DNA of 64,000 nucleotides from Candidatus Cloacimonadales bacterium (GCA_963662275.1 OY759316.1:2406177-2470176), one strand, 5' to 3'. Positions 1-7,970 are shown, counted from the stretch's first letter. The notes: generated from the letters alone by a model not told the origin. Made by a program: numbers and translations.

Positions 1-159
1 CTGAGCAATATAAATTTGAACTTCCATGGGGAGATACCCGAAGATTTCCTGAGCTTTGTGAAGTATCTCGATTAGAGGGTTCTGCAATTTCCGTTTTTCA
101 TCAATTATTACTTTCAATTCCTGGTATAAAGGATTGTCGTATGTACTCTTGTCCGACAT
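1..159 (-). CDS. NuoE/HydC-like thioredoxin-fold [2Fe-2S] electron-transfer subunit, 5' part only (gene runs off the window start)
   Basis: Own translation of the minus strand from the ATG at 159: MSDKSTYDNPLYQELKVIIDEKRKLQNPLIEILHKAQEIFGYLPMEVQIYIAQ. The LIEILHKAQ..GYLP block is the usual N-terminus of NuoE/24-kDa-type subunits. The start overlaps the PHP gene stop (TGATG). Confidence 0.55.
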   Translation of the reverse strand, partial: MSDKSTYDNPLYQELKVIIDEKRKLQNPLIEILHKAQEIFGYLPMEVQIYIAQ

Positions 160-929
160 CATTCCTCCTGCTTTATATTTATAGTATCTATTTCATTCCA
201 GATTCTTCTGCCTTGCATACCTTCACAAGCCATCCGTATTTCATTTACCGTTGGATGTTCAAGCCAGAACATCGTATAACCGGAGCCAATATCTGTCAAA
301 TAATGCGCATCTGAACTTCGGATCAAGGCATATTCTTTTAAATATGGATATTGCTTCAATAATTCATCTCGTTTCGCATGAGCTGTTATTCCAACAGCAT
401 CAAGTTCCAAGTCTGTTGGAATAAATCCCAATTGACCAATAATACTGAAAGTATGGGCATCTACATGTGCCGGAAAAACAAATCCGTGATAAGCATGAAT
501 CTTATCAATGGCTTCTTCCAATGTCCATATCGAAGAATTTAACAGGGCACGTTCTTCGCAGCGAATAATATTCTCGTCAGCATCGATCACTACCTGGTCA
601 CCAAAATACTCAGGATCATTAGGTATGTTCAATAGTGAATTATACAAGTCACTATCAAAACCTTGGACGTCTTCCCTATCATCAAACAAAGCAATCAAAT
701 GAATTTCCTCAGTTGTCTGAATCTCTACTCCACAAATGAAATTCACATCTTCTTTTTCAGCGACCCTATGATAAGCTGGACAGTTTGCCATGATATTATG
801 ATCAGTAATAGCAATTATATCCAGTCCTAATTCCTTCACTCTCCTGATGAGTGATGCAGGTGACATCTCGAGTCCACCGCATGGTGAGAGAACTGAATGA
901 ATATGCAAATCGGCTTTATACCACCGCAT
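159..929 (-). CDS. PHP-domain metal-dependent phosphoesterase
   Basis: 256-aa ORF. PHP His/Asp motifs are present: YKADLHIHSVLSPCG, AITDHN, PAHVDAH, SSDAHY. It is packed tightly in the operon with its neighbours. Confidence 0.8.
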   Translation of the reverse strand: MRWYKADLHIHSVLSPCGGLEMSPASLIRRVKELGLDIIAITDHNIMANCPAYHRVAEKEDVNFICGVEIQTTEEIHLIALFDDREDVQGFDSDLYNSLLNIPNDPEYFGDQVVIDADENIIRCEERALLNSSIWTLEEAIDKIHAYHGFVFPAHVDAHTFSIIGQLGFIPTDLELDAVGITAHAKRDELLKQYPYLKEYALIRSSDAHYLTDIGSGYTMFWLEHPTVNEIRMACEGMQGRRIWNEIDTINIKQEE

Positions 930-955
930 GCTTACCCACCTCCCTCATCAAGTGC

Positions 956-1306
956 TTATTTGTTCTGATGAAGGATCAAATAAAGAATGCCAGCAATTTC
1001 GAAGGCAGGCATATCACTACAAAACAAATATATTCCTTCTTCTATGGCTTTCTTTACGACGATATCATCAGGTTTGCTGTCTTTCGCAAAAATAATACAG
1101 GGTATTCCGGTCATGGAAGCGACAGCAATCACATTCAGGTGTTTCATGATCGTAATCCAGACCTGGCGTGGCTGAGCAGAACCCATAACATCACTTAGTA
1201 AATCTGAAACATAACCGCCTTCGATCATATAATGTGAGATATCAAGGCTAGGCGTCATTTTCGTTCCGGTTATCGAATCGAGGAATAAACTGAGTCTTAT
1301 GCCCAT
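956..1306 (-). CDS. DRTGG-domain protein (small regulatory-type domain)
   Basis: 116-aa ORF and a paralog of 3125..3472 (SDLLSDVM vs SDLISDIL blocks, then a conserved hydrophobic core). The start codon directly abuts the upstream gene stop at 1307. Confidence 0.5.
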   Translation of the reverse strand: MGIRLSLFLDSITGTKMTPSLDISHYMIEGGYVSDLLSDVMGSAQPRQVWITIMKHLNVIAVASMTGIPCIIFAKDSKPDDIVVKKAIEEGIYLFCSDMPAFEIAGILYLILHQNK

Positions 1307-2605
1307 TTATTCATCTCCTTTTTTATTTTCATCTTCTAAACTCATTTTACGTAATAGGACAATACAATCTTCCACTTCTGCCTTGCCTTGGACAATATCC
1401 TCTGCAAGCGCATAGCAAGTAGGTGAACCACATGCAGAACAATTTAATCCTGGTAACTTGATAAGAATTTCATTGAGTTTCTTCATTTTAGTAATAGCTT
1501 GTTTGAAATCTTTATCCAGTTCCATGATTGATCGTTGTTCCAAGGGCTGCACTGTAAAAGCTCCCTTCTGGTTCAGGGAAGTAAATTCTGAAAAATCTAT
1601 TTCTTTATGAGGAGCACTCTTCATCATTTTTTTTATACGGCTCATGGCTACAAAAGGATTCTCAACATTTAGCACGCCACCTACACAGCCATTTGTGCAG
1701 CTTCTAAGAACGATATAATCATATTGATCCAAGTAATGATCCTCTACTTTGGAGAGGATTTTGATGACATTGTCTATTCCATTAACTGATAGTGCACGAA
1801 TATCTTCTGCATCAACAAGATCTGCTTCTACACCGGATAATGCCCAGGATAGTCCATTCTCATAAGTATCAATATTACCATTAGGTAAGTTATTCCTCTT
1901 CAGCTTTTCCCGAACTTTTCCGTAAATCATGCCAATAGAGAAAGCCCCATCCTGGAGACGTTTGTATGTTCCTTCAGGCTGATGGACGGCAGTCACTTGC
2001 GCAATACAGGGAACAATCAGAAAAATACCAATATCCTGGTCTGGAAGATTTGTATTTCGTTTTGCTCTTTCCCTTAGATATTGCGTAAGAATACTCATAG
2101 GAGCTTCAACATGCAGTAAATTAGGCAGGAGTGAAGGAAATTTAACTTGGATGAGCCGTACGACAGCCGGACAATTGCTTGATAGAATGGGTCTCACTTC
2201 AGCACGATTCTCCCGTATGTATTCCCGAATCAGGGAGATCATGAAATCAGTAACGAAGGCTTCTTCTGCGACTTCATCAAAACCGAGGCTTAGAAGAGCT
2301 TTCTTTGCTGTGGGATAGGAAATATCTTCAGTAAATTGTCCTCCGTATGAGGATGAAATAATGGCGATTTTATGTTTGAATTTCTGAATGATATCCAGTG
2401 AATCGGAGTTAGGAATTATTGCATGGAAAGAACAACTGGCGACACATTGACCACAGTCGATACACCTATTGGGATCAATTTCTGCTATTCCATGACGAAC
2501 CCTAATGGCTTCTGTAGGACATACTCTCACACACGCTGTACAGCCGGTGCACAGTATCGGTGTGATGTGAATTGCATGAAAATATTTCTTAGGTGTTTCA
2601 CTCAT
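1307..2605 (-). CDS. [FeFe]-hydrogenase-like Fe-S protein (2x[4Fe-4S] ferredoxin N-terminus, hydrogenase large-subunit-like core, RnfB-type Fe-S C-terminus)
   Basis: 432 aa. Ferredoxin motifs CTGCTACVRVCP and CIDCGQCVASC. H-cluster-like motifs SSNCP, VPCIAQ and SCTNGCVGG (compare TSCCP, MPCxxK and CxxGCxxGG). C-terminal CSACGSPTCYALAEDIVQGKAEVEDC. Confidence 0.75.
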   Translation of the reverse strand: MSETPKKYFHAIHITPILCTGCTACVRVCPTEAIRVRHGIAEIDPNRCIDCGQCVASCSFHAIIPNSDSLDIIQKFKHKIAIISSSYGGQFTEDISYPTAKKALLSLGFDEVAEEAFVTDFMISLIREYIRENRAEVRPILSSNCPAVVRLIQVKFPSLLPNLLHVEAPMSILTQYLRERAKRNTNLPDQDIGIFLIVPCIAQVTAVHQPEGTYKRLQDGAFSIGMIYGKVREKLKRNNLPNGNIDTYENGLSWALSGVEADLVDAEDIRALSVNGIDNVIKILSKVEDHYLDQYDYIVLRSCTNGCVGGVLNVENPFVAMSRIKKMMKSAPHKEIDFSEFTSLNQKGAFTVQPLEQRSIMELDKDFKQAITKMKKLNEILIKLPGLNCSACGSPTCYALAEDIVQGKAEVEDCIVLLRKMSLEDENKKGDE

Positions 2606-2625
2606 TGATTATTCAGCTTCTTTAT

Positions 2626-3117
2626 TTAATAAAAATAAATAATGATTTCAAGTTTCGTAGGCTTACCTTTTTCAGATTTCAGATGCATCACATCTGAATT
2701 CTTTTTGATATTGGGTAATCCAAGACCTGCGCCAAATCCCATTTCTCTCACTAATTCATCTGCTGTAGAAAAACCAGGTGTCATCGCCTGGTCAATATCC
2801 TCAATACCCGGACCGGTATCATTAAAAGTAACATAAACAAATTCCGGATATATGTAACTCTTCATCGTCCCACCCACTGAATGAGCAGCAACATTAATCT
2901 CTGCTTCATAGGCAGCGATAGCGATTCGACGTAAAATTTCGGGGTTTACACCAATCCGTTTGAGAACATTCTTCAATTCCGCAGAACCCTTGCCCGCATT
3001 CGTGAAATCCTTTTCAGCAATTTCAAAATTCAGGCTCATCTCCGGTTCGGGAGCGTGCATAAAGAAAGTTCTTGCTTCTTCCTGGTGTTCTTCCTTGATA
3101 TTCCAGTATTCTGCCAT
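2626..3117 (-). CDS. GHKL/HATPase_c protein, anti-sigma-factor-type Ser/Thr kinase-like
   Basis: 163 aa. ATP-lid boxes FNDTGPGIEDI and GFGAGLGLPNIKK, as in SpoIIAB/RsbW-like ATPases. Confidence 0.7.
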   Translation of the reverse strand: MAEYWNIKEEHQEEARTFFMHAPEPEMSLNFEIAEKDFTNAGKGSAELKNVLKRIGVNPEILRRIAIAAYEAEINVAAHSVGGTMKSYIYPEFVYVTFNDTGPGIEDIDQAMTPGFSTADELVREMGFGAGLGLPNIKKNSDVMHLKSEKGKPTKLEIIIYFY

Positions 3118-3124
3118 ATACTAA

Positions 3125-3472
3125 CTAAATCTTACAGCTTCTTAAACCGGAATTATAAAGAAGACCACTGGAACGATACATGGTCATCTTCGTAGAAATG
3201 AGCGGTAAATCTCTTTCTTCAGCCATTTGAATCAATTCATCCGGAGGTATTTTACCACGTACGAAAACAACTGCCAGTAAATCGATCATATCCGCCAAAC
3301 GAATGACTTGTGGATTTGTTAAACCCGTTAACAGCAAAGTTGCTTCCTTCGTACACATCAGTATATCGCTTATCAAATCAGAACTGAAAGCGCAGGGAAT
3401 TTCCTTATCCAAATTCACATTTGTTGAAAGAACTTCACCCTCTAACAGCTCAACCAGTTCGCTGAGTTTCAT
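3125..3472 (-). CDS. DRTGG-domain protein
   Basis: The ORF track gives 3125..3550. I prefer the internal ATG at 3472 (MKLSELVELLEGEV...) because the upstream 26 codons are low-complexity leader. LLLTGLTNPQVIRLA...DLPLIS matches the DRTGG pattern. Confidence 0.55.
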   Translation of the reverse strand: MKLSELVELLEGEVLSTNVNLDKEIPCAFSSDLISDILMCTKEATLLLTGLTNPQVIRLADMIDLLAVVFVRGKIPPDELIQMAEERDLPLISTKMTMYRSSGLLYNSGLRSCKI

Positions 3473-3554
3473 ACACAATCCTTTTTTTGTATTTGTTTTA
3501 TGCACGAGATTCGGTTTGAAACAAATCGTCAAGGATTTTCGATGTTGCATCTAT

Positions 3555-3834
3555 CGTAGCGCTTACTTCAGGAGGTATTATTCGTAGCGCCTACTTCAGG
3601 AGGTATTATTCGTAGCGCCTACTTCAGGAGGTATTATTCGTAGCGCCTACTTCAGGAGGTATTATTCGTAGCGCCTACTTCAGGAGGTATTATTCGTAGC
3701 GCCTACTTCAGGAGGTATTATTCGTAGCGCCTACTTCAGGAGGTATTATTCGTAGCGCTTACTTCAGGAGGTATTATTCGTAGCGCCTACTTCAGGAGGT
3801 ATTATTCGTAGCGCCTACTTCAGGAGGTATTGTT
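3555..3834 (+). repeat. 10 contiguous head-to-tail copies of a 28-bp REP unit
   Basis: The unit is CGTAGCGC(C/T)TACTTCAGGAGGTATTATT. Copies start at 3555, 3583, 3611, 3639, 3667, 3695, 3723, 3751, 3779 and 3807. Copies 1 and 8 share the T variant, and the last copy ends in TTGTT. There are no spacers. Confidence 0.95.
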
Positions 3835-3858
3835 GTTTGTTAACGTACGATCGATATT

Positions 3859-3879
3859 ACCTCCTAAAGTAAGCGCTAC
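3859..3879 (-). repeat. Inverted REP copy (GTAGCGCTTACTTTAGGAGGT on the minus strand), 8 nt downstream of the RAYT stop
   Basis: The plus strand reads ACCTCCTAAAGTAAGCGCTAC. With the last unit of the tandem array it forms an imperfect inverted pair. Confidence 0.85.
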
Positions 3880-3886
3880 ATCGTCG

Positions 3887-4549
3887 TTACGATAAACTCT
3901 GCAGTAAATACGTAAACTCTTCCACTACCCAAGTCCACGTCCACATTTTGGGTTGATCAGCCAGTCCCGCTTTAACAGGATTCATAACGATATACTGAAC
4001 AATCCTATTCAACTCATCTTCATTTCTTACATAGTGGTCATAGTATTCTCTTTGCCACAATTTCCCTGCTCTATTCAGCTCTAAATTAATAAATCTGGAG
4101 CTTCGCCCTTTGATTAAATTCATAATCGTAGCAATTGAATTATACTCTCCTGCATCATTAGCAAGTGGTACGAAAAGGAAATGAACGTGATTAGGCAAGA
4201 TTGTGAAAGCTAATAGATCATATAATTGCTTATCATGGTAATGCAATTCATCAGCAACCAGTTGAGAACATTTAGGAAGTTGAAGTACGTTATCCGGATG
4301 CTGCAATCTGTCATAGTAGTTATCATGAATGGCAAATAGCTTTTTTTTGATTATCATCTCGTTCTCAGCATTTTTAGGCATATTTTTGTATGAATGATAC
4401 AACTCAGCTTCTTTAAGCTTAATATGGTCGAAATACTCTTTAGGCATTGATAAATTAAGTCTGAAGGTAATAAATATTGGCTTGTCTGTTGGTTGTAAAT
4501 GCGGAAGTCTTCTTCGATGAAAGTGCTGATATTGATTAGATGGCTGCAT
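3887..4549 (-). CDS. rayT: REP-associated tyrosine transposase (RAYT; IS200/IS605-like Y1 HUH enzyme)
   Basis: 220 aa. RRRLPH N-terminal motif, HUH motif NHVHFLF, and catalytic Tyr region LWQREYYDHYVRNEDE. It is a single ORF flanked on both sides by inverted GTAG-headed repeats, not by IS ends. Confidence 0.85.
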   Translation of the reverse strand: MQPSNQYQHFHRRRLPHLQPTDKPIFITFRLNLSMPKEYFDHIKLKEAELYHSYKNMPKNAENEMIIKKKLFAIHDNYYDRLQHPDNVLQLPKCSQLVADELHYHDKQLYDLLAFTILPNHVHFLFVPLANDAGEYNSIATIMNLIKGRSSRFINLELNRAGKLWQREYYDHYVRNEDELNRIVQYIVMNPVKAGLADQPKMWTWTWVVEEFTYLLQSLS

Positions 4550-4610
4550 TATCCCTCCATATTCTAATATTTAAATCTATTTATTCTCCTGAATTTAGTC
4601 AAGCAGTATT

Positions 4611-4733
4611 GTAGCGCTTACTTTAGGAGGTTGTAGCGCTTACTTTAGGAGGTCTTATTCTCAATCGTACGGTAAAAAAACATAGCCTCCTAAAGTAAGC
4701 GCTACGAATATTACCTCCTAAAGTAGGCGCTAC
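4611..4733. repeat. REP cluster (two direct plus two inverted copies; BIME-like)
   Basis: GTAGCGCTTACTTTAGGAGGT at 4611-4631 and 4633-4653. Inverted copies lie at 4685-4705 (GCCTCCTAAAGTAAGCGCTAC) and 4713-4733 (ACCTCCTAAAGTAGGCGCTAC). Confidence 0.85.
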
Positions 4734-4756
4734 GGTCGGTGCTACGGTCAGCGCTG

Positions 4757-4788
4757 CAAAAAAAGGGCTACCCGACTGGGCAACCCTT
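4757..4788 (-). terminator. Rho-independent terminator of the 4812..6398 gene
   Basis: The minus strand reads AAGGGTTGCCC-AGTC-GGGTAGCCCTTTTTTTG. This is a 10-bp stem (two G-U pairs) followed by a T7 run, about 25 nt after the stop codon. Confidence 0.6.
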
Positions 4789-4811
4789 GGTGTATAGTCT
4801 TAATTACGACG

Positions 4812-6398
4812 TTACTTCATCAGTATAACTTTCTTAGTTGCCAGGTAATCTGCAGTTTGCAGTCGATAGAAATAAACACCGCTTGAAACATGCTTACCAT
4901 TATTATCAGAGCCATCCCAAGTGCAGGTGTATGTTCCACCAACAGATTTACTGGTGTTTTCAAGAGTTCTGACTTTCTGTCCCTTCAAATTATAGACTTC
5001 AAGCTGCACATTTCCGGCAGACTTTAAATCATACGTAATCATGGTCGGTGTTTTAAATGGATTTGGGTACGCATTATACAGCATAGTTTCATGTACAACC
5101 ATTGGTGGCGTACTTGGACTGTCTATATTTACCAATACCGGTCCAAACATCTGGTTCGTACCATCTAAATCGACACTTTCCAACCAATAGTAGTATTGCG
5201 AATTGGTCTCTACTGTTTCATCCATATACGAATATGCTTGCGTTTGGGAAGTATTCGTTGCTCCAATAGCAGAGAAATTGACCATCTGTGCCAAACTGGC
5301 AATATTGCTCCCTCCACGATAGATATTGAACCCAAGAACATTCGTTTCAGATTGTGTTATCCATTTGATATTGCATAGGTTGTTGTCCGTTTGAAAAGCT
5401 GTGAAAGAGGAGAGTTCAACGGGACATTCAAGACCATGAATAGCAGGACTGTTTATTATTATCGTACCCCCAGGATCTGGAGGACCTGGTACATAAATGA
5501 CTGTTTGAGGAATTGATGATGATGTAAATATGACATTATACAAATCTTCCCAAAAAGCTCTCCATTGCTCCCAGCCCGGATCATTATAATGTTCATAAAT
5601 ATATTGAGAGAGCTCATATTCTTCGTAAATAACTAATGCAAAATCGGCATAAGGGTTTGCAATCACCATTACCTGCAAATGCATAAATACACAAACACCT
5701 ATTTTCTCGCCACTACCCTTGAGTGGAGGTTCATAATTTGTGTAATTACCTATGTCAAAGAACAAGTTATTTTCGCTGAACTTTAAAACAGTTCTATCAA
5801 AAGCAATAGCAGTGATACCATTAATCAAGTTAGGAGGGCAACATGATTCATTTTCGTTTGATGATTCTAGTTGCCAGTCACTGCCAAAATAATTGACAGC
5901 AAAAATAATGGATATAGAATTACCAGTAATCTGATAAACAATGATTTGATCTCCATTTTGGTTCAAGTCAAAAATTCCAGGATTATCTCCATAATTATCA
6001 ACTTCGGACCAGGCATGCTTAAACAATGTGTCATTTGCACAATATCCTTCAGGAAAATTTAACATTATTGGATGATATTTGAGAATTGAACCCGAAGGAA
6101 TACTTTCTGGAATAATGATTTTCACAGTTCCCTCATGACTAGTTTTATCATTAAATGTCCCATCGCTTTTAATGCCTCGATCGGTAAAATAAATTTCTGT
6201 CCCTTGAGATAATGGTGCAACATTCATGAAGGCAAATACTAATACATCATTTGGAGTATGATTCATATTAACTATTACAATATCCATCGGCTGTAAAACA
6301 GTCTGAGCGTGCAACGCAATAAACGACGCGAAAAAAAGTAGGATTAAAGATAGAAGTAATACGTGATTAAATGAGTGGATGAGTAGCTTTTTCTTCAT
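4812..6398 (-). CDS. Secreted protein with pre-CTD module and T9SS-type C-terminal sorting domain
   Basis: 528 aa. Signal peptide (MKKKLLIHSFNHVLLLSLILLFFASFIALHA) and GGGAGG RBS. It contains the PVELSSFTA...SETN..GFNIYR module. The C-terminus is YPNPF...VYNLKGQKV...WDGSDNNG..VSSGVYFYRL...KKVILMK. Confidence 0.8.
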   Translation of the reverse strand: MKKKLLIHSFNHVLLLSLILLFFASFIALHAQTVLQPMDIVIVNMNHTPNDVLVFAFMNVAPLSQGTEIYFTDRGIKSDGTFNDKTSHEGTVKIIIPESIPSGSILKYHPIMLNFPEGYCANDTLFKHAWSEVDNYGDNPGIFDLNQNGDQIIVYQITGNSISIIFAVNYFGSDWQLESSNENESCCPPNLINGITAIAFDRTVLKFSENNLFFDIGNYTNYEPPLKGSGEKIGVCVFMHLQVMVIANPYADFALVIYEEYELSQYIYEHYNDPGWEQWRAFWEDLYNVIFTSSSIPQTVIYVPGPPDPGGTIIINSPAIHGLECPVELSSFTAFQTDNNLCNIKWITQSETNVLGFNIYRGGSNIASLAQMVNFSAIGATNTSQTQAYSYMDETVETNSQYYYWLESVDLDGTNQMFGPVLVNIDSPSTPPMVVHETMLYNAYPNPFKTPTMITYDLKSAGNVQLEVYNLKGQKVRTLENTSKSVGGTYTCTWDGSDNNGKHVSSGVYFYRLQTADYLATKKVILMK

Positions 6399-6531
6399 TT
6401 TTCCTCCCTATTTATTTTTAACATTCTATACGCAGACACAATACAATAAATAGTTTCTTATATTGTTAAGGTTTTATTATCTAGGCAACTTTCAGGTATT
6501 GATGCAGATATTGGTAACATTCATTGTGGAT

Positions 6532-6904
6532 GTAAGATGTAAGACGGAAGATGGAAAATGGAAGATTTGCAGAGAAGACAACAGAGGCATAGTACTGAAC
6601 CTTTATTTTTGAAAAGTTGTCTTTAGACGGTTCTATGTAATCTTTAAAGGACGTATGCAGCAATGGATGTTAGGGGCTAGTTGTTACAACATTGGAATGT
6701 ATCTTATCCCACAGCTCACGCAGTGGGCTATCATCTTTCATAGTATGTGTTCAAATCCATCTTTCATTCTGCCAGTTCTGTCACTTTTAGTTTTTAGTTA
6801 CTAGTTTTTAGTTTCTGCGGTCTTCCATTTCCCCCCCATTCGTAATTCGTAATTGATTTCTCCCCACTACCAATTTTTAATTTTTAATTTTTAATTCTTA
6901 ATTT
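6532..6904. repeat. Cluster of degenerate 7-bp tandem arrays ('stutter' DNA)
   Basis: 6532-6566: GTAAGAT GTAAGAC GGAAGAT GGAAAAT GGAAGAT. 6785-6815: TTTTAGT x4, degenerate. 6840-6854: CGTAATT x2. 6872-6904: AATTTTT x3, then AATTCTT AATTT, running into the stop codon of 6903..7352. Confidence 0.85.
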
Positions 6905-7352
6905 AAATGACCTCCTTCCATCTCTCGTATCCCTCCACCTTCGGCAGCAGACCGGCATCGATAGCAGCTTTCAGTGAAATGCAAGGGAGATTCTGTTCAA
7001 AGATCTGTTCCCTGGTGATCGTGGAAAGGTCAACTGTATCCGGCATGGCAGTCTGCATTGCCCACATCAGCTTATTATAGACGTGGCACCAGGTGAAGAT
7101 AGGGAATCCGGCATTTTGCGGGAGGTTATTGTAAGATAGACAATAGTCTTTCAGATCGTACTTATAGAATTGACTGGGTTCAATGGCGTATATCTGCTTC
7201 TGCGCAGATTTGAACGGTTTCTGACCGGGATGGTTCTTGAATGTGAATGATGTCCTGGCTCGTGGCTTACCTGTGAATTTGTCTATATAGTAAATCAAGC
7301 CATCAAGTTTACCCGTAAATCCGTGGATCATGTGTTTGAAGTATGGTTTCAT
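6903..7352 (-). CDS. Hypothetical protein (149 aa), no family recognised
   Basis: The ORF track extends it to 7475, but those 41 extra codons translate the tandem repeats (QSRTRTEQEQNKNRTE). The ATG at 7352 has a good RBS (AGGAGATAAAATG), giving MKPYFKHMIHGFTGKLDG... Confidence 0.5.
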   Translation of the reverse strand: MKPYFKHMIHGFTGKLDGLIYYIDKFTGKPRARTSFTFKNHPGQKPFKSAQKQIYAIEPSQFYKYDLKDYCLSYNNLPQNAGFPIFTWCHVYNKLMWAMQTAMPDTVDLSTITREQIFEQNLPCISLKAAIDAGLLPKVEGYERWKEVI

Positions 7353-7407
7353 TTTATCTCCTATTTTTCTTTTCCCTCCCATTTGCAAAGGGAGGGTGGC
7401 TTTAGCC

Positions 7408-7490
7408 GGGAGAGCTAGTTCTGTTCTGTTCTTGTTCTGCTCTTGTTCTGTTCTTGTTCTGCTCTGAGCTAGCACCTAACACCTAGAACC
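7408..7490 (+). repeat. Left arm of an imperfect inverted repeat (contains a 22-bp x2 internal duplication)
   Basis: GGGAGAGCTAGTTCTG, then (TTCTGTTCTTGTTCTGCTCTTG)x2-like, then AGCTAGCACCTAACACCTAGAACC. Its reverse complement matches 7971-8027. Confidence 0.75.
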
Positions 7491-7681
7491 TAGAGCCTTC
7501 TGCAAAAACACCTCTCATATATATATAGGAGGGAGCATTTTGCCTAAATCGAGGGAGCATTTGAAAAAAGTTCGATTTTTTTTGTTTTATCTTCTATTTA
7601 TTTCAATTCTTCTTTCTTCATTTTTAATTCTTTTGAACTACTGTTCCACTGCTATACGATTACGGTACAAATACGGTTTTT

Positions 7682-7725
7682 TACCGTAATGCTACCGTAT
7701 TGCTACCGTATTGCTACCGTAATGC
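7682..7725. repeat. 11-bp tandem repeat x4 (TACCGTA(A/T)TGC)
   Basis: Units lie at 7682, 7693, 7704 and 7715. An inverted copy, ATTACGGTA at 7659-7667, pairs with 7682-7690. Confidence 0.9.
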
Positions 7726-7866
7726 TCTTATGGTGAAAAATGCCATTTGGCTGGAAGCATATTCGCAAGCTTCTAATTCGATTTGGAAGACTTCGCTATA
7801 GAAGGTAACCGCACGGTTCATATCGCTGACTGGGATTTCAATAAAACTGAAACGAAGAGTCTGCAT
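7714..7866 (-). pseudogene. Glyoxalase/VOC-family gene fragment (N-terminal ~45 codons only)
   Basis: Own translation gives MQTLRFSFIEIPVSDMNRAVTFYSEVFQIELEACEYASSQMAFFTIRALR*. The FIEIPVSDMNRAVTFYSEVF block is a typical VOC N-terminus. The frame ends inside the 11-bp repeat array, whereas family members are about 120 aa. Confidence 0.5.
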
Positions 7867-7970
7867 AATACTTCCTTGTAAGTTAATAGAAACCTATTGT
7901 CATTGGACGTTGAGACTCCTTTGACAATATGCAAGAACAATATGCAAACTGTCAGGATTGTCAAGAAGAA

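Noticed and set aside
3555-3834. The 28-bp repeat array looked like a CRISPR array.
   Set aside because: The repeats are contiguous with no spacers and there are no cas genes nearby. The unit is the REP of the adjacent RAYT.
6735-6760. GTTCAAATCC resembles a tRNA T-loop.
   Set aside because: The flanking sequence cannot form T, anticodon or acceptor stems. I found no tRNA.
7353-7475. The N-terminal extension of ORF 6903..7475 (MLAQSRTRTEQEQNKNRTE...).
   Set aside because: These 41 codons merely translate the 22-bp tandem repeat. A strong RBS precedes the internal ATG at 7352.
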